Source: a virus (lineage: Duplodnaviria > Caudoviricetes). From it: a stretch of DNA of 37,795 bases. Position numbers and translations under genes: made by a program. The notes under the pieces were generated by a model. The model did not search any database. It saw only the letters and a list, made by a program, of their open reading frames with translations, and was not told the DNA's origin. The stretch spans positions 1 through 37,795 of IMG/VR virus record IMGVR_UViG_3300025066_000067, one strand, 5' to 3'. Shown here piece after piece: positions 27,023 through 36,512 of the stretch (positions within the stretch are counted from its first letter, which is position 1; every line of letters starts with the position of its first letter).

Positions 27023-27571
27023 ATGCAATACATAACAAGGTCAGGAACATTTGATTCTGGTCATAGAGTAATGAATGAATGTATGAAATGTTTTAACTTA
27101 CATGGTCATACATATTTATATGATTTAACATTTTCATTTGATTCAATGAAAGACATCGGTTATCAGATTGATTTTAAAGAAATCAAAAGAGTAGCGTGTC
27201 AATGGATTGATGATAAATTAGACCACGGGTTCATAGCTAATCCAGAAGATGTTAATTATATAAGTGTAGCTCTGAATGAAGATAGTAAAGTTTGGAAGAT
27301 GTCATTAAATGGAGAAGGTGAATATTGTAATCCATCAGTTGAAAATATAGTTAAAGAAATATTCTTAGCTATGGAAATTCTTTTTGAAGAATATACTGAT
27401 TTAAATATCCACGAAATTAAATTAAATGAAACACCTAAATGTTATACTATTTGTAAATCAGAATCTATAAGTGATGATGATAGAAGTAATTTTAGAGATG
27501 TTAGATATGAAGAAATTAAAAATTATGCTAATGAAAAGGGGATTGTAGAATACGATGATAGATTACAATAA
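27023..27571 (+). CDS. queD: 6-carboxytetrahydropterin synthase
   Basis: FDSGHR, C.NLHGHTY, IDF..IK, LDH, NPSVEN, ETP. Confidence 0.9.
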   Translation: MQYITRSGTFDSGHRVMNECMKCFNLHGHTYLYDLTFSFDSMKDIGYQIDFKEIKRVACQWIDDKLDHGFIANPEDVNYISVALNEDSKVWKMSLNGEGEYCNPSVENIVKEIFLAMEILFEEYTDLNIHEIKLNETPKCYTICKSESISDDDRSNFRDVRYEEIKNYANEKGIVEYDDRLQ

Positions 27572-28307
27572 GAATCAACCATTAGGTGAAGCATATGCTT
27601 GTTTACAGGGTGAAGGGAAGTATGTTGGTATTCCTCATATTCTCATTAGAGTTACTGGTTGTAAATTAAGATGTCAATTTTCAGGTTCATTTTGTGATAC
27701 ACCATATGCCTCTTGGAAACCTGAAAAAGGTAAGTATACATTAAATGATATCGTAAAGTTTTATGAAGACAATTCACACATTAAATACACAATGATTACA
27801 GGAGGTGGTCCGACAATCCATCCAGAGTTATTACAAGAGTTATGTAGGATTGGTAAATATTATAGACATACAATTACTATTGAAACTGAAGGTTCTGAAT
27901 TTGTACAAACATCAGCTGATTGTATTTCATTATCACCTAAATTATCTAATTCAACACCGCGACCGGGAAGTTGGATGGAATATGCTAATCGTGAAGTTAC
28001 TGAAAAAGATAAACAACAACATGACAAGTGGAGATGTAATTATGACGCTATGAAGCAACTAATTGACAATCATTCAGATTATCAATTTAAACCGGTTATT
28101 TCATCTGAAAAAGATTTAGAAGAAGTAAAAGAGTTACAGAAAATATTAGATGTTCCTAATAATAAAGTTTGGTTAATGCCAGAAGGATTAGTTGAAGAAC
28201 AACTAAATGAACGAAGAAGATGGTTGATGGAGTTATGTACTGAACAAGGTTATAACTTTACAGATAGACTGCATATAATCGCGTACGGTGACATACGAGG
28301 AGTGTAA
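27555..28307 (+). CDS. queE: 7-carboxy-7-deazaguanine synthase (radical SAM)
   Basis: LQGEG...G.P, GC.LRC....FCDT, ITGG, IETEG, LSPKL, RLH. Confidence 0.92.
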   Translation: MIDYNKNQPLGEAYACLQGEGKYVGIPHILIRVTGCKLRCQFSGSFCDTPYASWKPEKGKYTLNDIVKFYEDNSHIKYTMITGGGPTIHPELLQELCRIGKYYRHTITIETEGSEFVQTSADCISLSPKLSNSTPRPGSWMEYANREVTEKDKQQHDKWRCNYDAMKQLIDNHSDYQFKPVISSEKDLEEVKELQKILDVPNNKVWLMPEGLVEEQLNERRRWLMELCTEQGYNFTDRLHIIAYGDIRGV

Positions 28308-28939
28308 TGACTAAATTAAAATACGCAAATGGTAACAGACCATTAACAGAAGAAGAAAAACAGAAGATGATTGAAGAAGCGTCTGTACATTATGGAAAGT
28401 ATATGACAGCTCTTGGATTTGATTGGGAGAATGACCCAAATAGTTCTGATACACCTATGAGAGTAGCTAAGGCATTCGTAAATGATTTAGCAGAAGGTGT
28501 TTATTCAGAAGGACCAAAGATTACAGCATTTGACAATGTTGATAAGTATGATGGAATGGTGTTTCAAGGAAATATAAAACTACATTCATTTTGTAGTCAT
28601 CATCATTTACCTTTCGTTGGAGTAGCTAATGTAGGATACATTCCAGGAGTTGATGGTAAGGTGATTGGATTGAGCAAATTAAATCGTATTGTTGAGTTTT
28701 ATGCAAGACGACCACAAGTTCAAGAAAATCTTACAATGCAAATTCATAAACATATTGATAGAGTTTGTGAGAAGAATGAAGGTGTTGCTGTGATGTTAGA
28801 AGCGAACCATATGTGTGCTTGTATTCGTGGTGTTAAACACGATTCAACAATGAAAACAAGTAAGTTAAGTGGAGCGTTTATGGATAGTACAGAATTAGCT
28901 CGTAGTGAGTTTTATGAATTTATTAGAGGTTTAAAATGA
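28307..28939 (+). CDS. folE: GTP cyclohydrolase I
   Basis: TP.RVAK, CSHH.LPF.G, GLSKL.R, RRPQVQE, HMC..IRG. Confidence 0.95.
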   Translation: MTKLKYANGNRPLTEEEKQKMIEEASVHYGKYMTALGFDWENDPNSSDTPMRVAKAFVNDLAEGVYSEGPKITAFDNVDKYDGMVFQGNIKLHSFCSHHHLPFVGVANVGYIPGVDGKVIGLSKLNRIVEFYARRPQVQENLTMQIHKHIDRVCEKNEGVAVMLEANHMCACIRGVKHDSTMKTSKLSGAFMDSTELARSEFYEFIRGLK

Positions 28940-29706
28940 TAGATAAAAGTACATTAACAAAACCAATGAATAAGAAAGTATTACTTTGTTCAGCTGGTAT
29001 GGATAGTTATATAATTGATAAACTTGAAAAACCAGATGTATGTTTATTCATTGATAGTAAATCAAATTATAGTGGAATAGAAAAAAAGTGGATGATTGAA
29101 AATAAAGAACATTACAATAATCTTGTTATATTAGGTGATGTTTTAGATTTATCTATGGTAGAGTTAGATAACTTTATTGTACCACTTCGTAATTTATTCT
29201 TAGCTGCCTTTGGTACATACTTTGGTGATGAGATAATTCTAGGTGCTACTTATGGTGATAGAAGTACAGATAAAGATTATACATTTCAAGGTATGATGAA
29301 TGGTATTCTGAATTACATTTACGGTAAAGGTCATTGGTGCGAAGGAAGACATATTGATTTCAATTTGAAATATAAAGATTGGACAAAAGAAGATTTGATA
29401 AAAGCATTTATTAAACAAGGTGGTGATGTAGAAGAACTTGTATTTAATAGTTTCAGTTGTTATACACCAGATAAAAATGAAGAACCTTGTGGTAAATGTA
29501 AACCTTGTGTTAGAAAGTTTCTTTCGATTCTCGGAGCGACTGGTGTTGATATTAGTGAATATTATGATAATAAACCACGAGATTATTTCACAACAGAAGT
29601 TATTCAACAATGGATAGCTGAATTAAAAGTACCTATCAATAGACGAGGTAGAGAAAGTGAAGAAACAGAGAATGTGTTATATGATATGTTAGAGGGAAAA
29701 TATTAA
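28936..29706 (+). CDS. queC: 7-cyano-7-deazaguanine synthase
   Basis: SAGMDS PP-loop, VPLRN, SFSCY...CGKCKPC. Confidence 0.85.
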   Translation: MIDKSTLTKPMNKKVLLCSAGMDSYIIDKLEKPDVCLFIDSKSNYSGIEKKWMIENKEHYNNLVILGDVLDLSMVELDNFIVPLRNLFLAAFGTYFGDEIILGATYGDRSTDKDYTFQGMMNGILNYIYGKGHWCEGRHIDFNLKYKDWTKEDLIKAFIKQGGDVEELVFNSFSCYTPDKNEEPCGKCKPCVRKFLSILGATGVDISEYYDNKPRDYFTTEVIQQWIAELKVPINRRGRESEETENVLYDMLEGKY

Positions 29707-30125
29707 TGAAAGAATTTATAACTTGGAACCAATTTGATGATGCTGTTGATAAGATGGTTGAACATTATAAAGATATGAATGAAGATTGTGTATCTATATA
29801 CGGACCACCTCGAGGTGGATTAATGTTCGCGGTAGCATTATCTCATAGATTAAATTTACCAATGATTACATCATTGATTGATAGAAATATAGAAGGTAAA
29901 GTTTTAATTGTTGATGATATAGCCGATACGGGTGGAACACTTGAAAGAACTTTATATAGTAAAGATAATTATGTTGTTTATACGATGCACTATCATCAAC
30001 AATCAACTGTTAAACCAGATTTTTGGGTAGAAGATAAACAAGATAAATGGATTGTATATCCTTGGGAAAAAGAAGATAGTAATATGATACAAGATTATTT
30101 AGTGGGAGATAATATTAATGCGTAG
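29706..30125 (+). CDS. type I phosphoribosyltransferase (Gpt/xanthine PRT-like)
   Basis: RGGL..A..LSH.L, LIVDDIADTGGTL PRPP loop, WIVYPWE. Confidence 0.9.
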   Translation: MKEFITWNQFDDAVDKMVEHYKDMNEDCVSIYGPPRGGLMFAVALSHRLNLPMITSLIDRNIEGKVLIVDDIADTGGTLERTLYSKDNYVVYTMHYHQQSTVKPDFWVEDKQDKWIVYPWEKEDSNMIQDYLVGDNINA

Positions 30126-31332
30126 TAAATTTAAATACTTTCCATCATTTTCAGTAGGAGCTTTTGGAGATGGATTGAGAAAAAACTTTAAGTTCAAAGA
30201 TGGATTTTCAATTAGATTTTATTCTGATGAATTTCCAGAACAATTTAGACATAATGAATTTCTCGTGTCAGCTGGACACTTAATTCGTTCTTATCCAGAC
30301 TGTTATAATGACATGGGATTCACAAGTAAAAATTTAATTATGGGTGATTCTGGTGGTTATCAGATTTGTTCTGGAGCTATGAAGTGGAAACCTGAACTGA
30401 CAAAACAATCTTTTGATTGGTTAGAAAAAAATTCAGATGTAGCTATGAATTTAGACATTCCACCTCGATTAAAATACGATGGTAAGTTTGATGAGTGTTT
30501 ACAATTAAGTAAAGAGAACTTCAAATACTTCGCGGATAATCAAACAGGTGTAACTGATTATATGAATGTAATACAGGGAGCCGATGAAGTCGAATATAGT
30601 AAATGGTATGATGAAGTTAAAGATTTTCCATTTCAAGGTTGGGCTATCGGTGGTTCTGGATTCAGTTATTATAAATTCTTATCAGGGTTGATGGTATTAC
30701 TAAATGGTAAAGAACATCATAACCCAAATGTAAAATATATTCATATATTGGGTACTTCACGAGTGACTTACTTTTTATTATTATTACAATTACAGAAATC
30801 ACTTGAAGAAATAGGTTCTGACATTGTAGTAACAACTGATAGCTCATCACCAGATAGAGCAGTAGTATTCGGAACTTATTATATGGGTTATAGTTTGAAA
30901 CGAGGAACATGGGAAGCTATAGGATTTCCGAATGAAGCGAACCACGAAGAATTAGTAGATGAGTTTGTGTCATTAGAAAATCCAACATTCCCATTTGTAA
31001 CACCATTTGATACAGAATTATCAAAGCATGTTGATTTCCGAGATGTTAAACAGACAGTAGGAACAGAAGGAGCATATAGTTATGGTATGCGATTACATAA
31101 CTTTCAATTTTTTGTAGATGTGATTCATAGACTTGAAAGTATTGTATATGGTCACGACTTTATTTTACAACAATCAGTATCAAATGATGTATATAAAATG
31201 ATGCATTCAATTGATGAGATGGTAAAGAGTGATGACCCTCAAAGGGTGTTTGAAAAATATAAACCATTGTATGCAAAGATGAGTAATACAAAAAAAGAAT
31301 CACAAGTAAACACAACACATACATTTTTTTAG
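30118..31332 (+). CDS. DpdA/TGT-like guanine transglycosylase
   Basis: GDSGGYQ, LDIPP, NVIQG, GWAIGG, HILG, TDSSS, LHN; adjacent to preQ0 genes. Confidence 0.8.
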   Translation: MRSKFKYFPSFSVGAFGDGLRKNFKFKDGFSIRFYSDEFPEQFRHNEFLVSAGHLIRSYPDCYNDMGFTSKNLIMGDSGGYQICSGAMKWKPELTKQSFDWLEKNSDVAMNLDIPPRLKYDGKFDECLQLSKENFKYFADNQTGVTDYMNVIQGADEVEYSKWYDEVKDFPFQGWAIGGSGFSYYKFLSGLMVLLNGKEHHNPNVKYIHILGTSRVTYFLLLLQLQKSLEEIGSDIVVTTDSSSPDRAVVFGTYYMGYSLKRGTWEAIGFPNEANHEELVDEFVSLENPTFPFVTPFDTELSKHVDFRDVKQTVGTEGAYSYGMRLHNFQFFVDVIHRLESIVYGHDFILQQSVSNDVYKMMHSIDEMVKSDDPQRVFEKYKPLYAKMSNTKKESQVNTTHTFF

Positions 31333-31340
31333 GAGATTAA

Positions 31341-32090
31341 ATGAAACAACTAACAGCAGAACAAATAGACTTAAACTGGAAAGCTTTAATAGACCTTATT
31401 GAAGATACATTTGAAGGTGAACGAAAAGAAAATCTTTTAAAGATGTATAATCATTTTCAAGAACGAATGATGATGGCACCGGCATCTGGTCAAGAACATT
31501 TTCATAATTGTCATCCGGGTGGTTATGTAGAACACATTTTGAATATTGTTAAATACTCAAAACAGTTTTATAAATTATGGAAAGATAACGGAGCTTATGT
31601 AGATAATTATACAGAAGAAGAATTAATCTTCGCCGCTCTTCATCACGACTTAGGTAAAGCTGGTGATTTAGAACAAGACCATTATATTCCAAATCCATCT
31701 GATTGGCATCGTAAAAATCAAGGAAAGATTTACACAAATAATCCAGAGATGAATTTTATGACACCACCTGATAGAGGTATTTGGATTCTAAATCAATTCG
31801 GAGTTAAACTAACACAGAATGAATTTATTGGAATTAAATTAACTGATGGTATGTATGACGAGGGAAATATTCAATATCTTAAATCATATGCTCCAGAGAA
31901 GAAATTGAAATCTAATATAGCTCATATTCTTCATCAAGCTGATATGACTACAACTCGTATTGAATATGAACAATGGATACATTCAACTGATGAAGAAAAA
32001 GCTACGACTACAAAAGTTCCAAAGACGAAAAAAGAACAAGAAACAGTTGATAATATGAAAGCAAAGTTTGATGAACTTTTCACAATATAG
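31341..32090 (+). CDS. HD-domain phosphohydrolase
   Basis: APAS...H...GG..EH, LHHDLGK, LHQAD. Confidence 0.88.
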   Translation: MKQLTAEQIDLNWKALIDLIEDTFEGERKENLLKMYNHFQERMMMAPASGQEHFHNCHPGGYVEHILNIVKYSKQFYKLWKDNGAYVDNYTEEELIFAALHHDLGKAGDLEQDHYIPNPSDWHRKNQGKIYTNNPEMNFMTPPDRGIWILNQFGVKLTQNEFIGIKLTDGMYDEGNIQYLKSYAPEKKLKSNIAHILHQADMTTTRIEYEQWIHSTDEEKATTTKVPKTKKEQETVDNMKAKFDELFTI

Positions 32091-32099
32091 GAGAACATT

Positions 32100-32375
32100 A
32101 TGATATACGATATATTTTTTGTTTTATTTTTCTTAACAAGTGTAGTATCTGTAGCACTTGTGTATTACTCATTAAAACGAGTAACACAATACGAGGATTT
32201 GATAATTCAATTTCAACAGATTATTACATACGCTACAGAGAGAATGAAACTGATAGACGATTCTGGTCACTATGAAGCAGATGACGAAACCGGTTTCTTC
32301 TTTGAAGAATTAAAACAATTACAATTACAATTAGATGATATATTTGAAAACGAGGTGAATGATAATGACAACTAA
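32100..32375 (+). CDS. membrane-anchored hypothetical protein
   Basis: AGGAG RBS, N-terminal TM, G.YEADDE.GFFF. Confidence 0.7.
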   Translation: MIYDIFFVLFFLTSVVSVALVYYSLKRVTQYEDLIIQFQQIITYATERMKLIDDSGHYEADDETGFFFEELKQLQLQLDDIFENEVNDNDN

Positions 32376-33123
32376 AAAAGATAAAGATGTAAAGTTAAAG
32401 AAAGACGGAACTCCACGAAAGAAACCTGGAAGAAAACCGGCTAAGAATAAAAAAATCTATTTTGGAATGGATGTTCAAGATGCGATTGTGAGATACAATT
32501 TGTCTGAAAAATCATCACAAAAGAATAAAATCTATCAAGAAGAAATTCACAAAGCGTTTGATAAACTCGCTGAAAATATTATTAATACTTTTAAGTTTAG
32601 TTATTTTGATTCACCATTTGAAGATACTAAAGCTGAAGTTGTTTCTTTCCTGGTGATGAATATACATAAATATGACTACACAAAAGGTTCAAAGGCATTT
32701 AGTTACTTTTCAGTAGTTGCTAAGAATTATCTTATTCTTCATAACAACAACAATTATAAGAAACTTAAATCTCACGCTGATATTAGTGTTCTTGATAATA
32801 AACCAGTTTCAACTGATAGACGAACTTATCTTGAAGATTTGACAGAAGAAGTGATTATCTACTTTGAAGCTAATATCCCAACCTTGTTCAAAAAACGAAA
32901 AGATATTGCCGTAGCATATTCAATCATCGAGTTGTTTAAGAATAGAGAGAATATCGAAAACTTCAATAAGAAATCACTATACATTCTTATCAGAGAAATG
33001 ACAGATGTGAATACATCACATATTACAAAGGTTGTTAATGTATTTAAGAAGAAATATAAAACAATTTTGAATGAGTTTGAACAAACCGGTACAATCGGTA
33101 AAGATAAATCTAAATTCTTCTAA
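32359..33123 (+). CDS. phage sigma factor, T4 gp55-like (late transcription)
   Basis: KLAENII, KYD..KGSKAFSYF..VAKN region-2-like motif; precedes structural genes. Confidence 0.6.
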   Translation: MIMTTKKDKDVKLKKDGTPRKKPGRKPAKNKKIYFGMDVQDAIVRYNLSEKSSQKNKIYQEEIHKAFDKLAENIINTFKFSYFDSPFEDTKAEVVSFLVMNIHKYDYTKGSKAFSYFSVVAKNYLILHNNNNYKKLKSHADISVLDNKPVSTDRRTYLEDLTEEVIIYFEANIPTLFKKRKDIAVAYSIIELFKNRENIENFNKKSLYILIREMTDVNTSHITKVVNVFKKKYKTILNEFEQTGTIGKDKSKFF

Positions 33124-33150
33124 ACTACAAATAACATCATCTCAATATCA

Positions 33151-33178
33151 AAGCCCACTTTTAACGAGTGGGTTTTTT
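33151..33178 (+). terminator. intrinsic terminator
   Basis: aagcccact/agtgggttt plus T run. Confidence 0.8.
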
Positions 33179-33249
33179 ATTTTACATCAATTTTTGATAT
33201 TTCAATATTTATATATGAATAATTACACCTAATTAAGAGAGGTCATATA

Positions 33250-33663
33250 ATGTCAGAAAACAACGAAATATTTGAAGGTAAAACCTTTCAAGACTTAACA
33301 AAAGATATCTACGAGAATACCAATAAGAAAAAATTACAGATTGATTTGTTAATATCAGAGATACATGGATTTATCACAACGATTGATGATGTCGTTATCA
33401 TCGCTCCAATCATAAAAGAATATATGGAAGTAGCCATCAAAAATGATGAACATCTTGTTAAACTCGCTGGTGTATTACAAAGAATTATATCCAAATCAAC
33501 CGGTGGTATTGATGATGAGAGTATGTTGTTATCGGAGTCAGAAAAAGAAGAATTAATGAACACACTCCAAGATTCAGTTCAAGACTTACAAAATGAAAGT
33601 GATAGATTGAATAAGATTAAAGACGATACGATAAAAACTAAAAACGATTTTATGGATAATTAA
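33250..33663 (+). CDS. helical hypothetical phage protein
   Basis: GAGG RBS, ORF track. Confidence 0.75.
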   Translation: MSENNEIFEGKTFQDLTKDIYENTNKKKLQIDLLISEIHGFITTIDDVVIIAPIIKEYMEVAIKNDEHLVKLAGVLQRIISKSTGGIDDESMLLSESEKEELMNTLQDSVQDLQNESDRLNKIKDDTIKTKNDFMDN

Positions 33664-33664
33664 T

Positions 33665-34963
33665 ATGAGTGATGCTTTTATTTTAAAAAAAGGAGTAGGT
33701 ATTAAAGACGGTACTACGGGTAAAGAAATACAGACACCTATATACATACAATTTGTACCTGGTGTTGTAGCTAAAGTTATTACTTCAACTAGTAAAAGTA
33801 AAACATTACCACAAACTGTAAATTCTATCGAAGCGTTTCCACATATTGTTAGTAATTTACATTTTGAAAATCCACTAACTTCATTGGGATTAGATACTAA
33901 TGAAGATAATAGATACATACCTTTATTTCGTGGAATGACTGATGTTCCATCACAGGGAGATCCTATATTATTGACAAAGATAGGTAAGATTAAATATTAT
34001 ATAGGTCCATTAAATACATTAAATAATAGCCCTAATTTTAATTCAGATGTAATAGTTAACGCATCACCAATGAATCTAAAAGAAACTGGACATTCAAGAT
34101 TACAAAAAAATAATAATGATGAGTTGGATGGTATAAATCCTAACCATAAGGAGATACATGGTGATTTAATGTTTGAAGGTCGTCACGGTAATAGTATTCG
34201 TATTGGTAGTAGAAATGTCAATCCATATATTTTTATCTCAAATGATAGAGGAGTAAATAATGTACAGGAAAGTATAATAGATGGTAGTTTAATAAGTATA
34301 ACATCAAATGGAACATTACAACAACATTTTGGTGGGTACGAAGATGTAGTAGAAGAAGTATCTGTACCTGAATTTGTATTGGCGTCAGATTGGGTTGAAG
34401 GAAATGGTAGAACAATTGGTAACATGATTCAACTTGTAGATTCAAATTCAAAAAATGATTCATATCCATATTTATATGAGTTTGGAAATCAAGAATCAGA
34501 AACATCTTTATCAGGTGGTACTAATCAAATGTTATTTCATTCTGATAGAATAATTATAAATTCCAAAAAGAATGACATATTTCTATCATCCTTTAATGAT
34601 ATACATTTAGGAACGGGAAGAAATTTAACTATTTCAACAAATGAAGACTTAATAATTGAATCTCGTAATATTTATTTAGGGAGTCCAACAAATAGAGAAA
34701 AACGAGATGAGAAAATGGAGCCGATGGTTTTAGGAACTCAACTATTTGACATATTAACAGAATTAACAGATGCATTATCAAAGATGAAGGGAATGTCATT
34801 ATACGCACCTGGTCCACCGGTAGATATAAATGTAACGGTCGTAGATGAATCTGGACAAAACCCACCAACACTAACTCCAATTTTTAGTGTATTTGATGGG
34901 ATTAAAAAGAAATTAGAAAACATAAAAAGTCAATATCATTATATAGAACCAAATGCAAAATAA
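33665..34963 (+). CDS. putative baseplate hub/spike (gp5/GpV-like)
   Basis: P..GD..L OB-like motif, EGRHGNSIR.G, beta-repeat region, IYLG...EPMVLG; upstream of gp25/gp6. Confidence 0.55.
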   Translation: MSDAFILKKGVGIKDGTTGKEIQTPIYIQFVPGVVAKVITSTSKSKTLPQTVNSIEAFPHIVSNLHFENPLTSLGLDTNEDNRYIPLFRGMTDVPSQGDPILLTKIGKIKYYIGPLNTLNNSPNFNSDVIVNASPMNLKETGHSRLQKNNNDELDGINPNHKEIHGDLMFEGRHGNSIRIGSRNVNPYIFISNDRGVNNVQESIIDGSLISITSNGTLQQHFGGYEDVVEEVSVPEFVLASDWVEGNGRTIGNMIQLVDSNSKNDSYPYLYEFGNQESETSLSGGTNQMLFHSDRIIINSKKNDIFLSSFNDIHLGTGRNLTISTNEDLIIESRNIYLGSPTNREKRDEKMEPMVLGTQLFDILTELTDALSKMKGMSLYAPGPPVDINVTVVDESGQNPPTLTPIFSVFDGIKKKLENIKSQYHYIEPNAK

Positions 34964-34974
34964 ACGGAGGTCAC

Positions 34975-35397
34975 ATGAAGAAGAAAAAAACAATAAGACA
35001 GATAGTGAGAGAAGAAGTTGCTTTAGCAATTCAAGAAGTAATAACTGAATTACAACAACCAACACAGATAATGACAGGAGCTACTGGTGAGATTAGAAGA
35101 AACAATACACCGAAAAAGAAAATAGTTGAAAAACAAAACTACTCAAACAATTCTGTATTAAATGATGTACTAAATGAAACAGCTCAATCAGAAGAATGGA
35201 AATCGTTGGGTGGTAGTAAATTTGATTCATCAAGGATGAATGAATTAGTTGGTGGACAATATGGTGATATGATGAATGACAATCCAAATGGAACTTTAGC
35301 AGCTGAAATGGGAGTAAATCCAAATGAAGCTCCTGATTTTCTAAAAAAAGATTATAGAGCTGTGATGAAAGCTATAGATAAGAAAAAAGGAATTTAA
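34975..35397 (+). CDS. hypothetical virion-module protein
   Basis: GGAGG RBS; IVREEV, LN.VLNETA, KDYRAVMK. Confidence 0.7.
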   Translation: MKKKKTIRQIVREEVALAIQEVITELQQPTQIMTGATGEIRRNNTPKKKIVEKQNYSNNSVLNDVLNETAQSEEWKSLGGSKFDSSRMNELVGGQYGDMMNDNPNGTLAAEMGVNPNEAPDFLKKDYRAVMKAIDKKKGI

Positions 35398-36053
35398 TGG
35401 GATTAAAATCAGATATAATGTTAGCTAAACGAGAAGCGTTGAAAGCACAGGACATTGAAATAGATGAAGCTGATTTTCAAGAAGGTTCTCCAAATGAAAT
35501 AGAAGCTAGATATATGACAAATGCATTTGTAGATTTCTTGACACATGATGATTTACATTTTACAATAAGTAAATTAAAAGCGTCTGTTGAAATTGAAGAG
35601 TTTCATACATTCGAAGCTCTAGATGCTGATGTCAAAAGTGAGAAAGTAGTTAAAGATAAGATAAGTGAAATAAGTTCAGCCAAAACAGGAACAGATTTAA
35701 TTGTAGGTAAGTTAGAACAATTAAAAGATATAAGTATTCCACTACCAGCTGGTGAAATAAAACCACTATCTTCTATTTTAGGACCATTTATAACAATGTA
35801 TAAAACATTCTGGAAAACAATTGAAAAGACAGTAACTAAAAGTATTCCGAAATCAGAAGGTGAAGGTGATATCCGAGTAAACCCACAGAGTTACTTAATT
35901 GAAGGTGGGAAGAACGGACCAGTTGATGCACGAGGTCACGCTCACATCGGTATAGAAGACCCAGTAAAAAATTCAGATACAATGGATCCAGAAAGTGATG
36001 ATAATCAAGTAGATTTATATAGAGATAAAATACCAGATGAAATATTAGATTAG
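35397..36053 (+). CDS. hypothetical virion-module protein
   Basis: ORF track, coupled TAATG junction. Confidence 0.7.
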   Translation: MGLKSDIMLAKREALKAQDIEIDEADFQEGSPNEIEARYMTNAFVDFLTHDDLHFTISKLKASVEIEEFHTFEALDADVKSEKVVKDKISEISSAKTGTDLIVGKLEQLKDISIPLPAGEIKPLSSILGPFITMYKTFWKTIEKTVTKSIPKSEGEGDIRVNPQSYLIEGGKNGPVDARGHAHIGIEDPVKNSDTMDPESDDNQVDLYRDKIPDEILD

Positions 36054-36063
36054 GAGAAGATAG

Positions 36064-36507
36064 TTGGCAATAAAAGATACAACAAGAAAACCATATATAG
36101 AAGATAATGATGAAAATATATTTATCGGGATAGACTTACCATTTAGAAAGTCAAATGGTATTGAAGGTTATTTTGCTTCAACATCAACAACGATTGAAGC
36201 TGTTAAAAATAATATTCGTAATCTTGTTAATACACATCAAAGTGAAAGATTGATGCAACCTAAACTTGGAATTAATTTAAGAAAGTATCTATTTGACCAA
36301 TTCACAGATGAAACAGTATTTTCAATTCAAAATGATATTGTTGATACATTTAGAAAATGGTTACCATTTGTTGAAATACAAGATATACAAGTTAGTATGA
36401 GTGATAATGATTCCATCGGTAAGAATACGATGAATGTAACAATCGTATTCAATATAACACAAGACCCAAACACATTAGAATCAGTATCTATTGAAATAGG
36501 AGAATAG
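36064..36507 (+). CDS. baseplate wedge subunit, gp25-like
   Basis: VK.NI.NL..T...ERLMQP.LG..L..YLF, WLPFV. Confidence 0.85.
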   Translation: MAIKDTTRKPYIEDNDENIFIGIDLPFRKSNGIEGYFASTSTTIEAVKNNIRNLVNTHQSERLMQPKLGINLRKYLFDQFTDETVFSIQNDIVDTFRKWLPFVEIQDIQVSMSDNDSIGKNTMNVTIVFNITQDPNTLESVSIEIGE

Positions 36508-36512
36508 AGTAA

